NCBI GenBank assembly: GCA_000934665.2
Contig: JYFJ02000044.1
Coordinates: forward strand, 1 to 64,000
Reading direction: 5' to 3'
DNA length: 64,000 nt
Source: Catajapyx aquilonaris
Lineage: Eukaryota
Shown in pieces: positions 53,701 through 64,000 of this stretch. Position 1 is the stretch's first letter; every line of letters starts with the position of its first letter. The position numbers and the translations under genes are program-made. Below the pieces are notes generated by a model, which worked only from the letters and a program-made list of their open reading frames with translations, ran no database searches and was not told the origin of the DNA.

Positions 53701-55762
53701 TTTTTAACCAAATAGGGAAGCTGCATAATGCAAATCCGCTTTTTTTTATCCAATTCGAAAATATGCAAGAGCGTTGTCCTCTCCAGCATTTAGCTGTGAC
53801 TAGGTCCGGACAATTAGTGATTCACATCACACACAAAACCTGTCACACTGTCCTTGGGTCACTCAACCTTGCCCCCGATCCCTGCCTAATTGATCATCCA
53901 AAAATTGATCAATCACACCTTAATATTACCCCCAAATGTGTTGCAATCCGCCCACCCTCTCGTAGGATAGGAATAATATGTGACACCGCCCATCTTCTGT
54001 CCCCACCCACACACGTAGTCTACAAGTTTTTTTTTCTCTCTCTAGCCGCGTGTGTGTACGTGTGTGGTACTACCTATAAGCTTGGCAGGGCGACAAGGCC
54101 GCTGTGGGCCATTTTTAACCCAGTAGGTCGCTGGTTGGAAGGCTCCGGGCATCCTCCCACACTGGATATACCCGGAGAATGAAGATGTCTAGGAGGAAGT
54201 TGTCTTTTCGCATGTTCCCAAACACTTTTTTTGGTCATTTCAGGTGGGTTCACACGGGTGGTCGTTTGGATTCGCCAATCAGATACTTCTTGAAATATTT
54301 CCTCAAAGACAACGACACCGTGTGAACACACCCATGGTGGCCCCCCCATATTTGAGGGCAAGGTGAAGATGGGAGGCAGATCAATTTCTTAAGGGTGGAG
54401 TCAGTCAGGGGTGGAGACGTCACAAGAACCCAGGAGAGAGAGAGATAGAATAAAAAAAAGAAGTAGAGGATGCTTTTCATGACCTTGTCCAGCAACCTCT
54501 CCCACCTCATTTACCTACCAAAAGTGCTGGATTGTGTACCTTTTTGTGCGCTTCACCACGCCTAGTTTGGACTCTGTTGGATGGGTTGGAAGTATGGGAA
54601 TTGACTCAGAATTTCTAATATGACCGCATTTTAAAGTATATAAAATTTATTACAAAAACATGCTAAGTATGGCTTTTTATAACGCCTAATTTCCCCCCAA
54701 GGCTGCATAGCCCATCGGAGTAAAGAAAATAAAAAATAATGCATAATTATTGTTTCCAATAGTGACAGTTGGGCGGTCCTTAGATGACACCTTGACATCT
54801 ATTAATATTTTAAATAATATCAAAAACAATAACAGCGAATTTTCGTATGAAATCGAACATTAAAGTTAAAAGCCAGCCACATTTGAAAATAATACAATTG
54901 AATCCGTATATGACAGACCTCAAGGGACAGCGGAATCAGCCTGTTATAAACAAGGTATGTTATAGCCGCGAATACACAAACCACATATATGGAAGTTTGC
55001 CGTGACCAGCCTTTCGAGTCTGGTATAACCGAAAGTCTGCTACAGCTGTATTTGTAATTGACCGTAATTTCCTTCTAACTTTAATAATTATACCCCTATC
55101 TCTTTATAATCAAATTTTTTTGATTAATAATATATTGTACGCCTATACAGAGTATTTAAAGTGTAAGCATTCCTCCAACAATCACGAAGGTGACTTATTT
55201 ATAAATTTTAATTGCAACTTCACGTGCTCATCTTTTAACTCCGTAGCGGCAGCCGCAAATTACAGAAATGCTTGGAACTTAACAATCAGCTGTATTATTA
55301 ATTACTTAAATTGCCTGTTTCGTGGAAAAAACTTTTAATAAAATATGGTGTTCCAGACATCCCTTAAGCAAAACGAGCATTTAAATGACTCCCAAAAAAA
55401 CCGGTTCCACCAACACGCACAAGTTTTCAACTTTTTGGTGTGCGATAGAGTTTATTCCACCAGTGACATTTCCCACCTCCGGGAAATGCCTATCTGCACC
55501 CGGGGTTTTTTCGAAGGTCATATATCACACCCGGCGGGTCATTCCAGCTGACCACCCAGCAAATTTTTCTTCTTAAAATTTGTTTCCCTTCATAATAAAT
55601 GTATGCTTACCAACTGACTCCCCTGTCCAAATGCTGTGCCACACTGAACCCAAAGAGTGTCCCAGGTGGTCCCTTATGGACAACCCGTGTGTCCACATCC
55701 ACATTAAAAGCTCCTGTCCTGGACAGCACACATGCTGCCAACAACACTACAACACCAACCAT
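33550..55762 (-). CDS. if: Integrin alpha subunit, alphaPS2/inflated type (RGD-receptor clade), ~1682 aa with the cassette exon
   Basis: Twenty phase-consistent exons, 5'->3': 55762-55611, 52914-52793, 51841-51747, 45131-45011, 43389-43328, 42798-42750, 41275-41189 (cassette), 39606-39431, 39363-39154, 39070-38974, 38656-38422, 38296-38130, 37995-37847, 37687-37488, 37172-36938, 36875-36700, 36504-36240, 36156-34030, 33937-33710, 33645-33550. It encodes a signal peptide then FNVD, FG-GAP repeats with Ca-binding loops ([27 protein letters not shown]), [19 protein letters not shown], an RQKR furin site, [28 protein letters not shown] and tail LGFFERKRP...[12 protein letters not shown], which resembles fly alphaPS2. 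No I-domain. Confidence 0.95.
34030..36156 (-). CDS. Giant 2127-nt integrin alpha exon encoding a low-complexity Ser/Gly/Thr/Arg insertion, the furin site and part of calf-2
   Basis: Open 709 codons between acceptor ttccag and donor AAG|gtacgt, in phase 0 with both neighbouring exons. It ends in the integrin-typical RQKR...[16 protein letters not shown]...FYIRSRLW. Confidence 0.9.
34720..35160 (-). repeat. Coding tandem repeats inside the integrin insertion: 27-bp x4 (SETRQQHGG), 72-bp x3 ([24 protein letters not shown]), 21-bp x3 (SSGTVSG)
   Basis: On the + strand: TTCAGAACCACCATGTTGTTGCCTTGT units at 34720-34827, 72-bp units at about 34878-35093, and GAACCACTCACAGTTCCAGAT units at about 35093-35155. 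All unit lengths are multiples of 3. Confidence 0.92.
38677..38743. repeat. (TTA)n microsatellite, ~22 units, next to an integrin splice acceptor
   Basis: Perfect ATT/TTA run directly visible. Confidence 0.95.
41189..41275 (-). CDS. Integrin alpha symmetric (phase 1-1) 87-nt cassette exon, positional equivalent of Drosophila alphaPS2 exon 8
   Basis: Acceptor cttttcttccag and donor G|gtatgc flank an open 29-codon frame, (G)[28 protein letters not shown](G). It lies between the ...SWYWQG exon and the GQAFAQD...DDSYLGYS exon. Confidence 0.75.
43062..43175. repeat. 114-bp inverted-repeat element (small MITE-like) in an integrin intron
   Basis: Outer inverted arms AATCGCGATCCCGGAA...TTCCGGGATCGCGATT and inner ATTGTGTCATA...TATGACACAAT. 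Confidence 0.75.
48032..48214. repeat. Exact 84-bp direct duplication flanking an N (probable assembly artefact)
   Basis: 48032-48115 is identical to 48131-48214; the spacer begins with the N at 48116. Confidence 0.8.
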
Positions 55763-57459
55763 TGTTCCCTTGTCCACACTCAACACGTGCCACCCTCCAC
55801 TCTATGGACACCCATGTGCTTCACTGTCCCCAGACCTTCCTGGTTGGGCGTCTGGCGCGCGACTGATCAGAATGGTCTATTCGCAGGTTCTGCCCACTGC
55901 TGTGGTAAGAAGCGGAGGAACAACTGGGGTAGGGGTGGGGAGGGCAGGGAGGCCCTACCCATTCTTGCCCCATATGGGGATGCTTTCCGAGGGTGGGTGG
56001 GTGGGTGGACCAAAAAGAAGGAGGGGGTTAAACCCATTGAGGACTCGGAGTCTTGGAGCCTTGCTGGGCCTCGGGGAATGTGCCAGCTTGCACTTCCGAT
56101 AGGTTTCTGGGGGACAAAACTGGTTTTCGGAGGGGAAAACAAATCGCATAGATAAGGAGTACACCGGATGTGTCATGACGTCAAACCTGCCTCTGACAGG
56201 GTGCATCGCAATACATTTATTTATTTATTTATGTACAAATTGTTTCTACGGTGATGTATTGAAATGGGTATAAAATTAACAAACAAACATTGCCTTTTAT
56301 ATATGTAGATTTATATTTAATTGATTAATTAATGGTGGAAATGACATGTTGGACAGGTTTTGCTGCGGTTTTTAGTACGGATTTATGGAGTCGCTTTCCC
56401 TCAACACGTCACAGGGTGGGACGTCACCTCTGAAAGCGGTGTTTCTGAGAAACTTGAGCCGTGTATAATCACATGGTGCGGGATGAGGATTAAACAAGGT
56501 GCGGAAAATGCCTACGCATAAAATTATGCCGGGTTATGTAACATCGTGGGCTAAATTCCGCACCAATTATGAACTCATTCGAGCGGAAATGATTATTCAT
56601 ATCTGTTTATTACATACACTGCAAAATTATAGCCTTCAAAACAGAGAAGGAAACTGCATAAAATCTGTAAACATTTGCATTTAAACCATAGGGTGTGCAA
56701 TTAGTATTTTCAAGAGTGGTATTTTCTACTAGAGTGTAGTACCCTGGTGATGCGGGTTATATTCGCTCAACCTTGGAAAAGAGTTTGCTTTGAACTAAAG
56801 GGTGGGTGGAATGGGAGTCGCCCCCAGTCCAGTAGCTTGATTCCCTCCCCAACCTGTTACCTGGGCTGGCTTGGATGTTTGCAAGCCCCCCACGTCCCAG
56901 ATATATTCGCTCTCTTCGTGACCTCAAAAAAATAACCCTGCACGTATACATGCTCCGTGCATGTAAACGCCCTTCAGTCGCCCATTTCCAGTCGCAATAT
57001 TTGGTCAAAAAAAAATGTATGACTGGCCAATCATGCTACTGGATCTGTTAATGTGATGAATAAGGGTGCAAATTTTTTTTTTGGTCAACTTGGAAGGCCT
57101 TCAACTATATTGAACATCGGCGGGTACAGCAGTTTGGCAACTGGACGCTAGAGGGGCCATTTGCTTCTGCCCACTCCCGCCATCTATTGGGAACACTGAA
57201 ACTACATGTCCATTCGTACACGGAAATCGGCTCAATTCGGACGCAACCCTTGCTAAATTTACTTAATAATTAATCCACCGTTTGTAATTAAAAACCGTAA
57301 TTCCAGACATTAATAATTTTGCATTGTTATTCGCGGCTGTTAATGACAAACCGGTTCATGCGACCAAAGCCGGTGTTCTGTTGGCTGCTTGGAGTCATGC
57401 CCGCCTTTTCCTTGTTGTGTTTTTGTCGGTTGACCTCTCTTGACCTGTGCCGGTGAGCG
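55763..57459. promoter_or_regulatory. Divergent 5' region between integrin alpha (-) and CtIP (+), including a full CRE (TGACGTCA, 56176-56183)
   Basis: The two ATGs are head-to-head about 1.7 kb apart. The CRE octamer is seen directly, but TSS positions are unknown. Confidence 0.45.
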
Positions 57460-59806
57460 ATGGCCGATCAGGGCCAGCCCGCGTCGTCGTCGTCTCCTTC
57501 GGGGGTGTACACGGCGAATCAGCTGATGGAGATGTGGGTCTCCTCGCTGGACGCCTCCTTCTTCGAGGTGACCGCCCAACACAGAGACCCTGACCTGCAG
57601 TTGACCTCCATGATGCTCAAGACCCTCTTCAGGAAGATGACCGGTTGGTCTTTTTTTGGCTTGGTTTTGTAACAAGATTGGGGTACTTATGGAGTTCATT
57701 TCAGAGCGGAGGAAGACCAGGTGCGAGCAGTGCAGCGAGATGAAGAAGGAGGCGGAGAAGTGGAGGAACAAGTACTGCACGCTGAAGGACTTGACCAGGA
57801 GGGCCGGTACGCCCAAGACAACTGGGGTAACATCATCTTAAAACCAGTTGTAATGCAGAGTTTATTTCCAGGGATGAGTACTGAGGCGCTGATGGCTAAC
57901 CGGGCTCTTCAGCTGGATAAGGGAGGAGCAGGGAAGCGGTCCAGTGATTCTTCCCCGGAGGAGGTTCCAAAAAAGGCGGCTAGACGGATCGAGAGCAGTC
58001 CCTCATTGCTGCAGCCGTGCTCCTCTAGTTCATGCAGTAGTGAGTCTGTGAAGGTGTTGCAACAATTCTGCAGTTCCAGTGTGTCCAGTTGCGACTCGAT
58101 AAAGGCACGGACGAGTCCAAAGAGCAGCGACGAGCCCATGATAGTCTTCGGTAGTCCCAAGAAAGCCAATGAGAATATACCTAGCCACAAGGAGGCAGGC
58201 AAGAATATACTTAGCCCCAAGAAGACCAAGCCTCTGTTGGTGCATGCAAGCTCTCAGAAGTGCGATGGAGTCATAACATTGGCAAGAAGTCCCAAGAAGA
58301 ATAGGAAGATGAAGCAGGCGACTCTAAAGGACACGGCGCTCTTCACCAAGAAGAACGTCACGAAGGCGAGGCAGTTTGGTGGTGGTGTTCGGAAGGCTGA
58401 AATCAAGGAGGAAGCACGCTCGCTGCCCAGTACTCCCAATTTGGATGAGACGTGTCTGCCTGATTACATGCGTATTCCAGAAGATGCAGAAGAGGTTGCG
58501 GAACTGGAGAACCAACCTTACCATGATGATGATGAACCAGGAGATCCTGAGCCTGAAAAGCAGAATGTTGACCATAGGAGGGAGCTATCAACAATGGATT
58601 TTGTAGCCATATATAAGCAGTAAGGTCAACTTTTGTACTATATCATAGAGTGAAATCTAGCCATAGTAGACTTTTAGGTACAGCATATAGAAAGAAAACA
58701 TATGCTGCTGGAAATATTTTAGATTCCCAGCAGGAAGGTTGCATGTATCATGATTGTATTTATACTGCATGTTACTGCTGCATTGTCCAATCTGCCAGGA
58801 ACTCTTCTAATACAAAAAAAATTCAATTGAACAGAACGATTCCACTGTAAAGGCTTCACTAATTACTTCAATTTAGAGTAAGGCGCATCAGTGAAGGTAA
58901 TCCTGGAAAGGCATGGCCATGATGCAAACACGATGTAGCTAGAGACTGATGGATTGATTATTATTCATGGAAATATAATTATTCACTTAGATGTGGATAA
59001 ACGTGATAAACATGATGGATTGTGTTTGTACTGTGCTAGGTGACATCTGCCTCGCACCTTTGTACTAGCTAGACCATTGCAATGGAGGTGTTTCCATGGA
59101 ACATTTGGATAAATTATGGCCTATTTTCACCATGCAACATCTGATATCGATATAAAACACTACATGTTCATTAGGAAAGCCATTCATTTTATCTGGCAAT
59201 ATTATTCGGAATAATTCAGGAGTGAAGTGGTGTATTACAACCTTCGCAAGCTATATCCCCAGGTCGGACCTAGATTTTCTCAGGTGTGAAGATTTTCAGC
59301 AGGTTTTCTCCATGTTCTCAAGGTTCTCAGATTACATTCCTCTTTCAAAATCCATCAGCCATGCAGCTAGTGTAATCAAGTTGGGTTAATTAAAAGAGCA
59401 AGGGATTATTTCAAGTATCATATAATAATTTGTTGTTCTTTTTTACTTTGATTGTGAATAATTTTTGTTTCTTGTCTGTCAGGGGACCTCCAGCGAAGAA
59501 GAGTCCTGAGCATAAATACAAACATGGCGCCGTCAGGAAGAAATCAGAGCGACGGAAACTGGATGGATTTGAATGTGCTGAGTGCAAGGCATACTACGAC
59601 ATGGTCAGTAATGGCAATGATGGTCGTAAAGTTCGTATGAACCAGTGCTCCAGGCACAGGGCCAAATACGAGTATCAAAGCTACACCCCTCCTGGTGAGT
59701 AATTGTCCTTGTATCATGTGCATTTAGGAATGTCGGTAAATTAGATGCATAACTTTTCCATTTTTATTTATTTTCAGGGTATTGGGACCCAGGCTTTCCA
59801 GAGTGA
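57460..59806 (+). CDS. CtIP: CtIP/RBBP8 (Sae2/Ctp1/COM1 family) DNA end-resection factor, compact ~424 aa
   Basis: Five exons: 57460-57643, 57705-57806, 57872-58619, 59483-59694, 59778-59806 (TGA), all GT-AG and phase-consistent. The C-terminal Sae2/CtIP domain reads VRKKSERRKLDGFECAECKAYY...CSRHR...TPPGYWDPGFP (CxxC, RHR, TP CDK site). The N-terminal helical region has CEQC, and the disordered middle carries S-P-K-K sites. The N-terminal exons are less certain than the C-terminal ones. Confidence 0.88.
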
Positions 59807-59861
59807 CCAACCTGTGTTTAGGGAGAGAAAAGAGGACAAGCTAATGGGAGCATTTAGTATA

Positions 59862-60405
59862 CAGGGTGTAAATGAGATAATTTATTGCGCATTTTTTTAG
59901 GTATGATAGAGGGGACCGAGACAAATATTTTTCACCTAGTAACCTGTGTCCGGAAACTCCATCTAGAGGGTGTTAATAGATGCGGAATGGGTGCGCTCAG
60001 ACGCATTACGCGGGAGGTGCTAGGCAAGTGGACTGTTTAGTTGTTAGATGGCGCTCCGATAGTAAACAACGGTGCAATTCGCAATAACCTGTCAACAACA
60101 GAGCTGTTGTTTACTTTCCGCGTGCCATCTAGCAAGCGAGCTTTAGTTGCTAGGTGGCTTTGTTGTTGCCAGATTATTGCGAATCGCACCATTGTTTCCT
60201 ATCCGAGCGCCATCTAGGATCTAGCAACTAAACTGTCCGCTTGCCTAGCACCTCTAGCGTGATGCGTCTGAGCGCACCCGTTCTGCGTCTATTAACCCCC
60301 TCTAGATGGCGTTTCCAGACATGGATTCCTCGGTGGAAAATATTTGTCTCAGTCCCCTCTATCACTCCACAAAAAAGGCTTACTTATCTAATTTACTACA
60401 TCCTG
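59862..60405. mobile_element. 544-bp non-autonomous foldback MITE, Tc1/mariner-like (TA flanks)
   Basis: TA|CAGGGTGTA ... TACATCCTG|TA termini. The two arms are reverse-complementary over about 240 bp at roughly 85% identity by eye (e.g. GATAGAGGGGACCGAGACAAATATTTT vs the reverse complement of AAAATATTTGTCTCAGTCCCCTCTATC). No coding capacity. Confidence 0.85.
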
Positions 60406-60629
60406 TATGTATACTGTATACAGACGTGATAAGGTGCAGATATGCATTGCTTTCTATGCATTTCTTCCGATTTCATTCAACACCACTGCAGTATTTGTGC
60501 AAGTGCCAGTTTGTATGTGCAGTAATTCAGATGTGCATTTGGCGCACATGATTCTAAGTATTTTTGTGATGTTATTTATACTTGGATTTAACAGGACGGA
60601 ATACTTTTGTAAAGGAGACATTTTTGTAT

Positions 60630-60690
60630 AATAAAGGTTGGAATATGTCATTTCTTATTGAAATTTGTTATACAATTTTCTTGTAATAAA
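60630..60690 (+). terminator. Candidate CtIP poly(A) signals (AATAAA at 60630 and 60685)
   Basis: First AATAAA hexamers after the CtIP stop, in U/GU-rich context and downstream of the MITE. Confidence 0.45.
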
Positions 60691-63600
60691 AGAGCGGGCC
60701 AGCTGACCGTGAGTTAGGGTTGTGGTGAATTTTTACAATGTCGCTCAGAATTTTTACCATCAACATAGGCTTGATGTCAGTCTTGGAATGTTTATCAAAC
60801 CATTTTCCTGCGAGGTGACGGTCAGTGGCAGTGCCTGTTGACTGGTAGATGAAAAAATGTACTTCACTGTATTACTGTATCTCCTTTTTGTACAAGTGCT
60901 TATAGCTGAGATTTTATCATCCACGTGGCCGTGTGTCTTTGGATGCATCCCATATCAGACATTCATCCGTGGTGTCCTCCATGGTATCCTGACACTACTT
61001 GTCTTGCCATGAGCAAAGAATGTGTGCAAGGCAGTATGCCGAATTATTACAGCAATAGATACGGATGGAATTACTCTGATATCCGACATATGTGTAGGTA
61101 CACTGCCTCACTGCATGTTTAATTCATCTCAGGTGGAATTTAAATATTCAGGTAAGTGCCATTTGCCTTGGCTGCTAGAAGAGGAAGCCTTTGTCACACC
61201 CGTCTGACCCAAGCTTGAAGCCAGCTTGCACACACAATGGCACTATTTCCCACCGCACTTATGGTGCCCCAGCACATAAAAGATTCACTAACCGCTATTT
61301 TACAGCCGCACAAAAGAAAGGCACAATACATGGATTTTCCTCATGTGCTGTAGTGGTCCTATTTGTTGTGCCCCAGCAGTGTAAGGTTTGAAAATTCTGG
61401 CCAAGTGGATGCAACTCTTGGTCAAGTGGGTCTGCGTGATTCAAATTCCCCCGCGACCCCTTCCATTTTTGGACCACCTGACCTACCTAATCCCCCGCGC
61501 GCGATCACGTGTCTCTCATTTCGAGATTGTGTTGTGCACGGGTCGGGGGTTACTCCTGTTCGGTGCTTGTACTCCTCCCAAAAGGTCGCTAGTTGTGTTA
61601 CAGTCTCTTGAATTCCGTTCGAAGTGTCGGGTTTCGACGAGCGTTGCTGGTGGTTGTCGGAGGATTCCCGAACTCTTGTGATTAGCAGCTTCGGATTTGG
61701 TTTCTTTGGGAAAGTGAGGTGTCGTGTGCTACATTTTTTGATAGGACCTGGAATATTCAAGGGGATGTCTTTCGGCAGGTTAGGCGATTATTTTGGTGTT
61801 TATAATATTGTGTAGTTAAGGTCTATATTTTTATTACTGTGTTTTTAGATCGTGAAATAGTTATTTTTTTGACATTTTGAACAAAATAGTCAATGGCAAC
61901 TTGCTCAGTACAATAACATGAAAAGGCATTTGAACCCGACATGTCATCCAAAAATCATGTCCATAAGTGCATATCAGACAAAGAGCGCAGTCATCCAAGG
62001 CCCATTGAACTAGAGTATTGATATCAGATATTGTGACGGACCAAAAATATCGCTAAGACTTGTTTCGACCTTCAGACGATCTTTGTGTAAAGTCAATGTT
62101 TAAAGAAGAGGCCACTAGTTTGAAGGAGAAAAAAAATCGCCACCTTGTCACGAGCAGTTTATTTTAAAAAGTGCTTGCGTGATTCCTCCTGTTGACTCTT
62201 TCAATTTTCAGACTGAAACTAGACTGACAACCTCTAATAGCATGTTGCCCGTTTAAACCTTGGCGTGACCTGGGTCAAGGGCGATTACATGAAGCACTCC
62301 TTTGACGTGACTTGAATGTACTCATCAATTGCGTAAGAGGCCAAGTGCAATGACCATTCGTGCACGATGTTTATAATGCACAAGTGAAGGAATCATTCAC
62401 TTGATATGTAAGCTGATGCAACTTGAAGGTCACATCTGACTGAATGGTGTACTTACATGAACTGGCGGTTCACAATAGTTTCCATGCAACTATATAGGGA
62501 AGGAACTGGACAGACGCTTGTCAATAGGTTTTTCTTGGGAGTTCTAGGAAGGATCATTGTTCTCTGTTGTGTGACACTACAATGCAACAGCGGCTGATTA
62601 CAATGGTGTGGCCTGATTCTTGAGTTCGCTTTCGTCTATGAAGCGTTACTTATTGCCAGTGACAAAAATTATATTGGAAGAAAGACGAGGTCATGAGGCT
62701 TATGAGGAAAAGTGTAATGGGACGTCACACAATGACAATGCCATTGGTAATGAAGTTGACCAATAACATGTTCCGCAAATTCACAGTGCTATTATTATTT
62801 GAGCGGATTATGTAGTGCAGTTCGTAGTGTCGTGGGGTGTGGCTTCACCTGATTCCTAGACATGCATAGTACATAGTTTCTTAAGTTAATTAGCCAAATG
62901 TCTGGAATGAAGACACCACAGGCCCTATCGCATGATCATGCCATGAGTGTATCAGTCCCTCACGCAATTATGCGGGTACACCCGTCGGATATAATATTAC
63001 AGAACTTACTATGCACAAGTCCATTATCCGACAGCTTGATGTCTCAGTTCTGTATAGTAGTAAAACATGCACTGACTGGATGGGTTTAAATATATGAATG
63101 TAACTTCAGACGTCTTAACCGAAGAGTGTTGCCTTCTCAGAAAGCGGTGAACTGCACTGTAATAATCTTCTCAACCACATGTCAGGTGCAATAGCTTACA
63201 TTTAATGTGACAGGTACAATCAAAATGCGAATCCGCAACTGCATGCAGTTGGTGACGGTATTTCATCAAATGATGATGTCTCTGTGTCGCTAATAGATAT
63301 TTATCCGAAATGCTATTATTGTCATATTATATGAACAGCGCACAATAACAGATTATTATTAATATTAATACTTTGGTAATTAGTGTGCCACAAAGAATAA
63401 CTCTATTATATGCCATTACGCATTAATGGGATTTAAACCAATTACTATAGAAATGTACTGACTACTTGATAATGTCCAAACTCAATCATTGGATGTACAG
63501 AATCATTTACGTCCTCTGTACATTTCATATTGCTTTGGCATTTTGTAATAGCAAAATTAAAGTATGCGGGTGATTCAAATTGTGATTGACGTCAAAAACT

Positions 63601-64000
63601 TACTAATTAAATCATCCATATTAATTGCATGAATGCTGCATAGCTTTATTTTCGATGCAGCTCAATTTACATGTAGGCACATACTGACAATTGCTCAGGT
63701 CCACACAAAATAAGCTTACCTCACTTTCGTAGAAAGTTTGTTCAGAAAATTGAAACACGTCCTTGGTTTCACTTCCTCATTTTAAGGAAGCCAACACAGA
63801 GTAAATGCTTGAAACGTTCTGCATGCAAACCGCCGTACATAACTTTTGCAATGCCAGCCCCATATACTGTCTAGGGGGTTTTGTGTGGTGTCGTATGCTC
63901 ATTTCTGACTTGTCGACGCCCATTGTCCCGACCCAAGACCCTTGGCTGGGTCGAACTTCCCTTTGGAAAACAGCCCCGTCCTAATGCAACCAAGGCCGTC

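Noticed and set aside
60700..64000. Possible next gene or mini-exon (e.g. ag|GTGGAATTTAAATATTCAG|gtaagt at about 61133-61151; ORF 61422-61760)
   Set aside because: No recognisable protein and no coherent exon chain within the window.

Overview
Eukaryotic, intron-rich genomic DNA. It is most likely from a non-insect arthropod, an inference from the alphaPS2-type integrin tail and the retained mir-153. I reconstructed four spliced protein-coding genes by hand from splice sites and reading-frame phase. (1) The 3' half of an IA-2/PTPRN receptor pseudophosphatase (+, 9 exons, 18207-25471; upstream ectodomain exons not found) that hosts mir-153 in the intron between ...EFRR and KVNK.... (2) An SH3BP5/parcas-family Rab11 GEF (+, 4 exons, 29287-31193). 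(3) A complete integrin alpha of the alphaPS2/inflated type (-, 20 exons, 55762-33550, ~1680 aa). It has a symmetric cassette exon, a probable GC-AG intron, a GFFER tail and a ~650-aa Ser/Gly/Arg-rich repetitive insertion just before the furin site. (4) A compact CtIP/RBBP8 (Sae2-family) gene (+, 5 exons, 57460-59806), head-to-head with the integrin, with a 544-bp foldback Tc1/mariner-type MITE in its probable 3' UTR. There are also several small intronic hairpins or palindromes, microsatellites, poly-G/C tracts and one likely assembly duplication. Most of the short ORFs in the track are non-coding noise.
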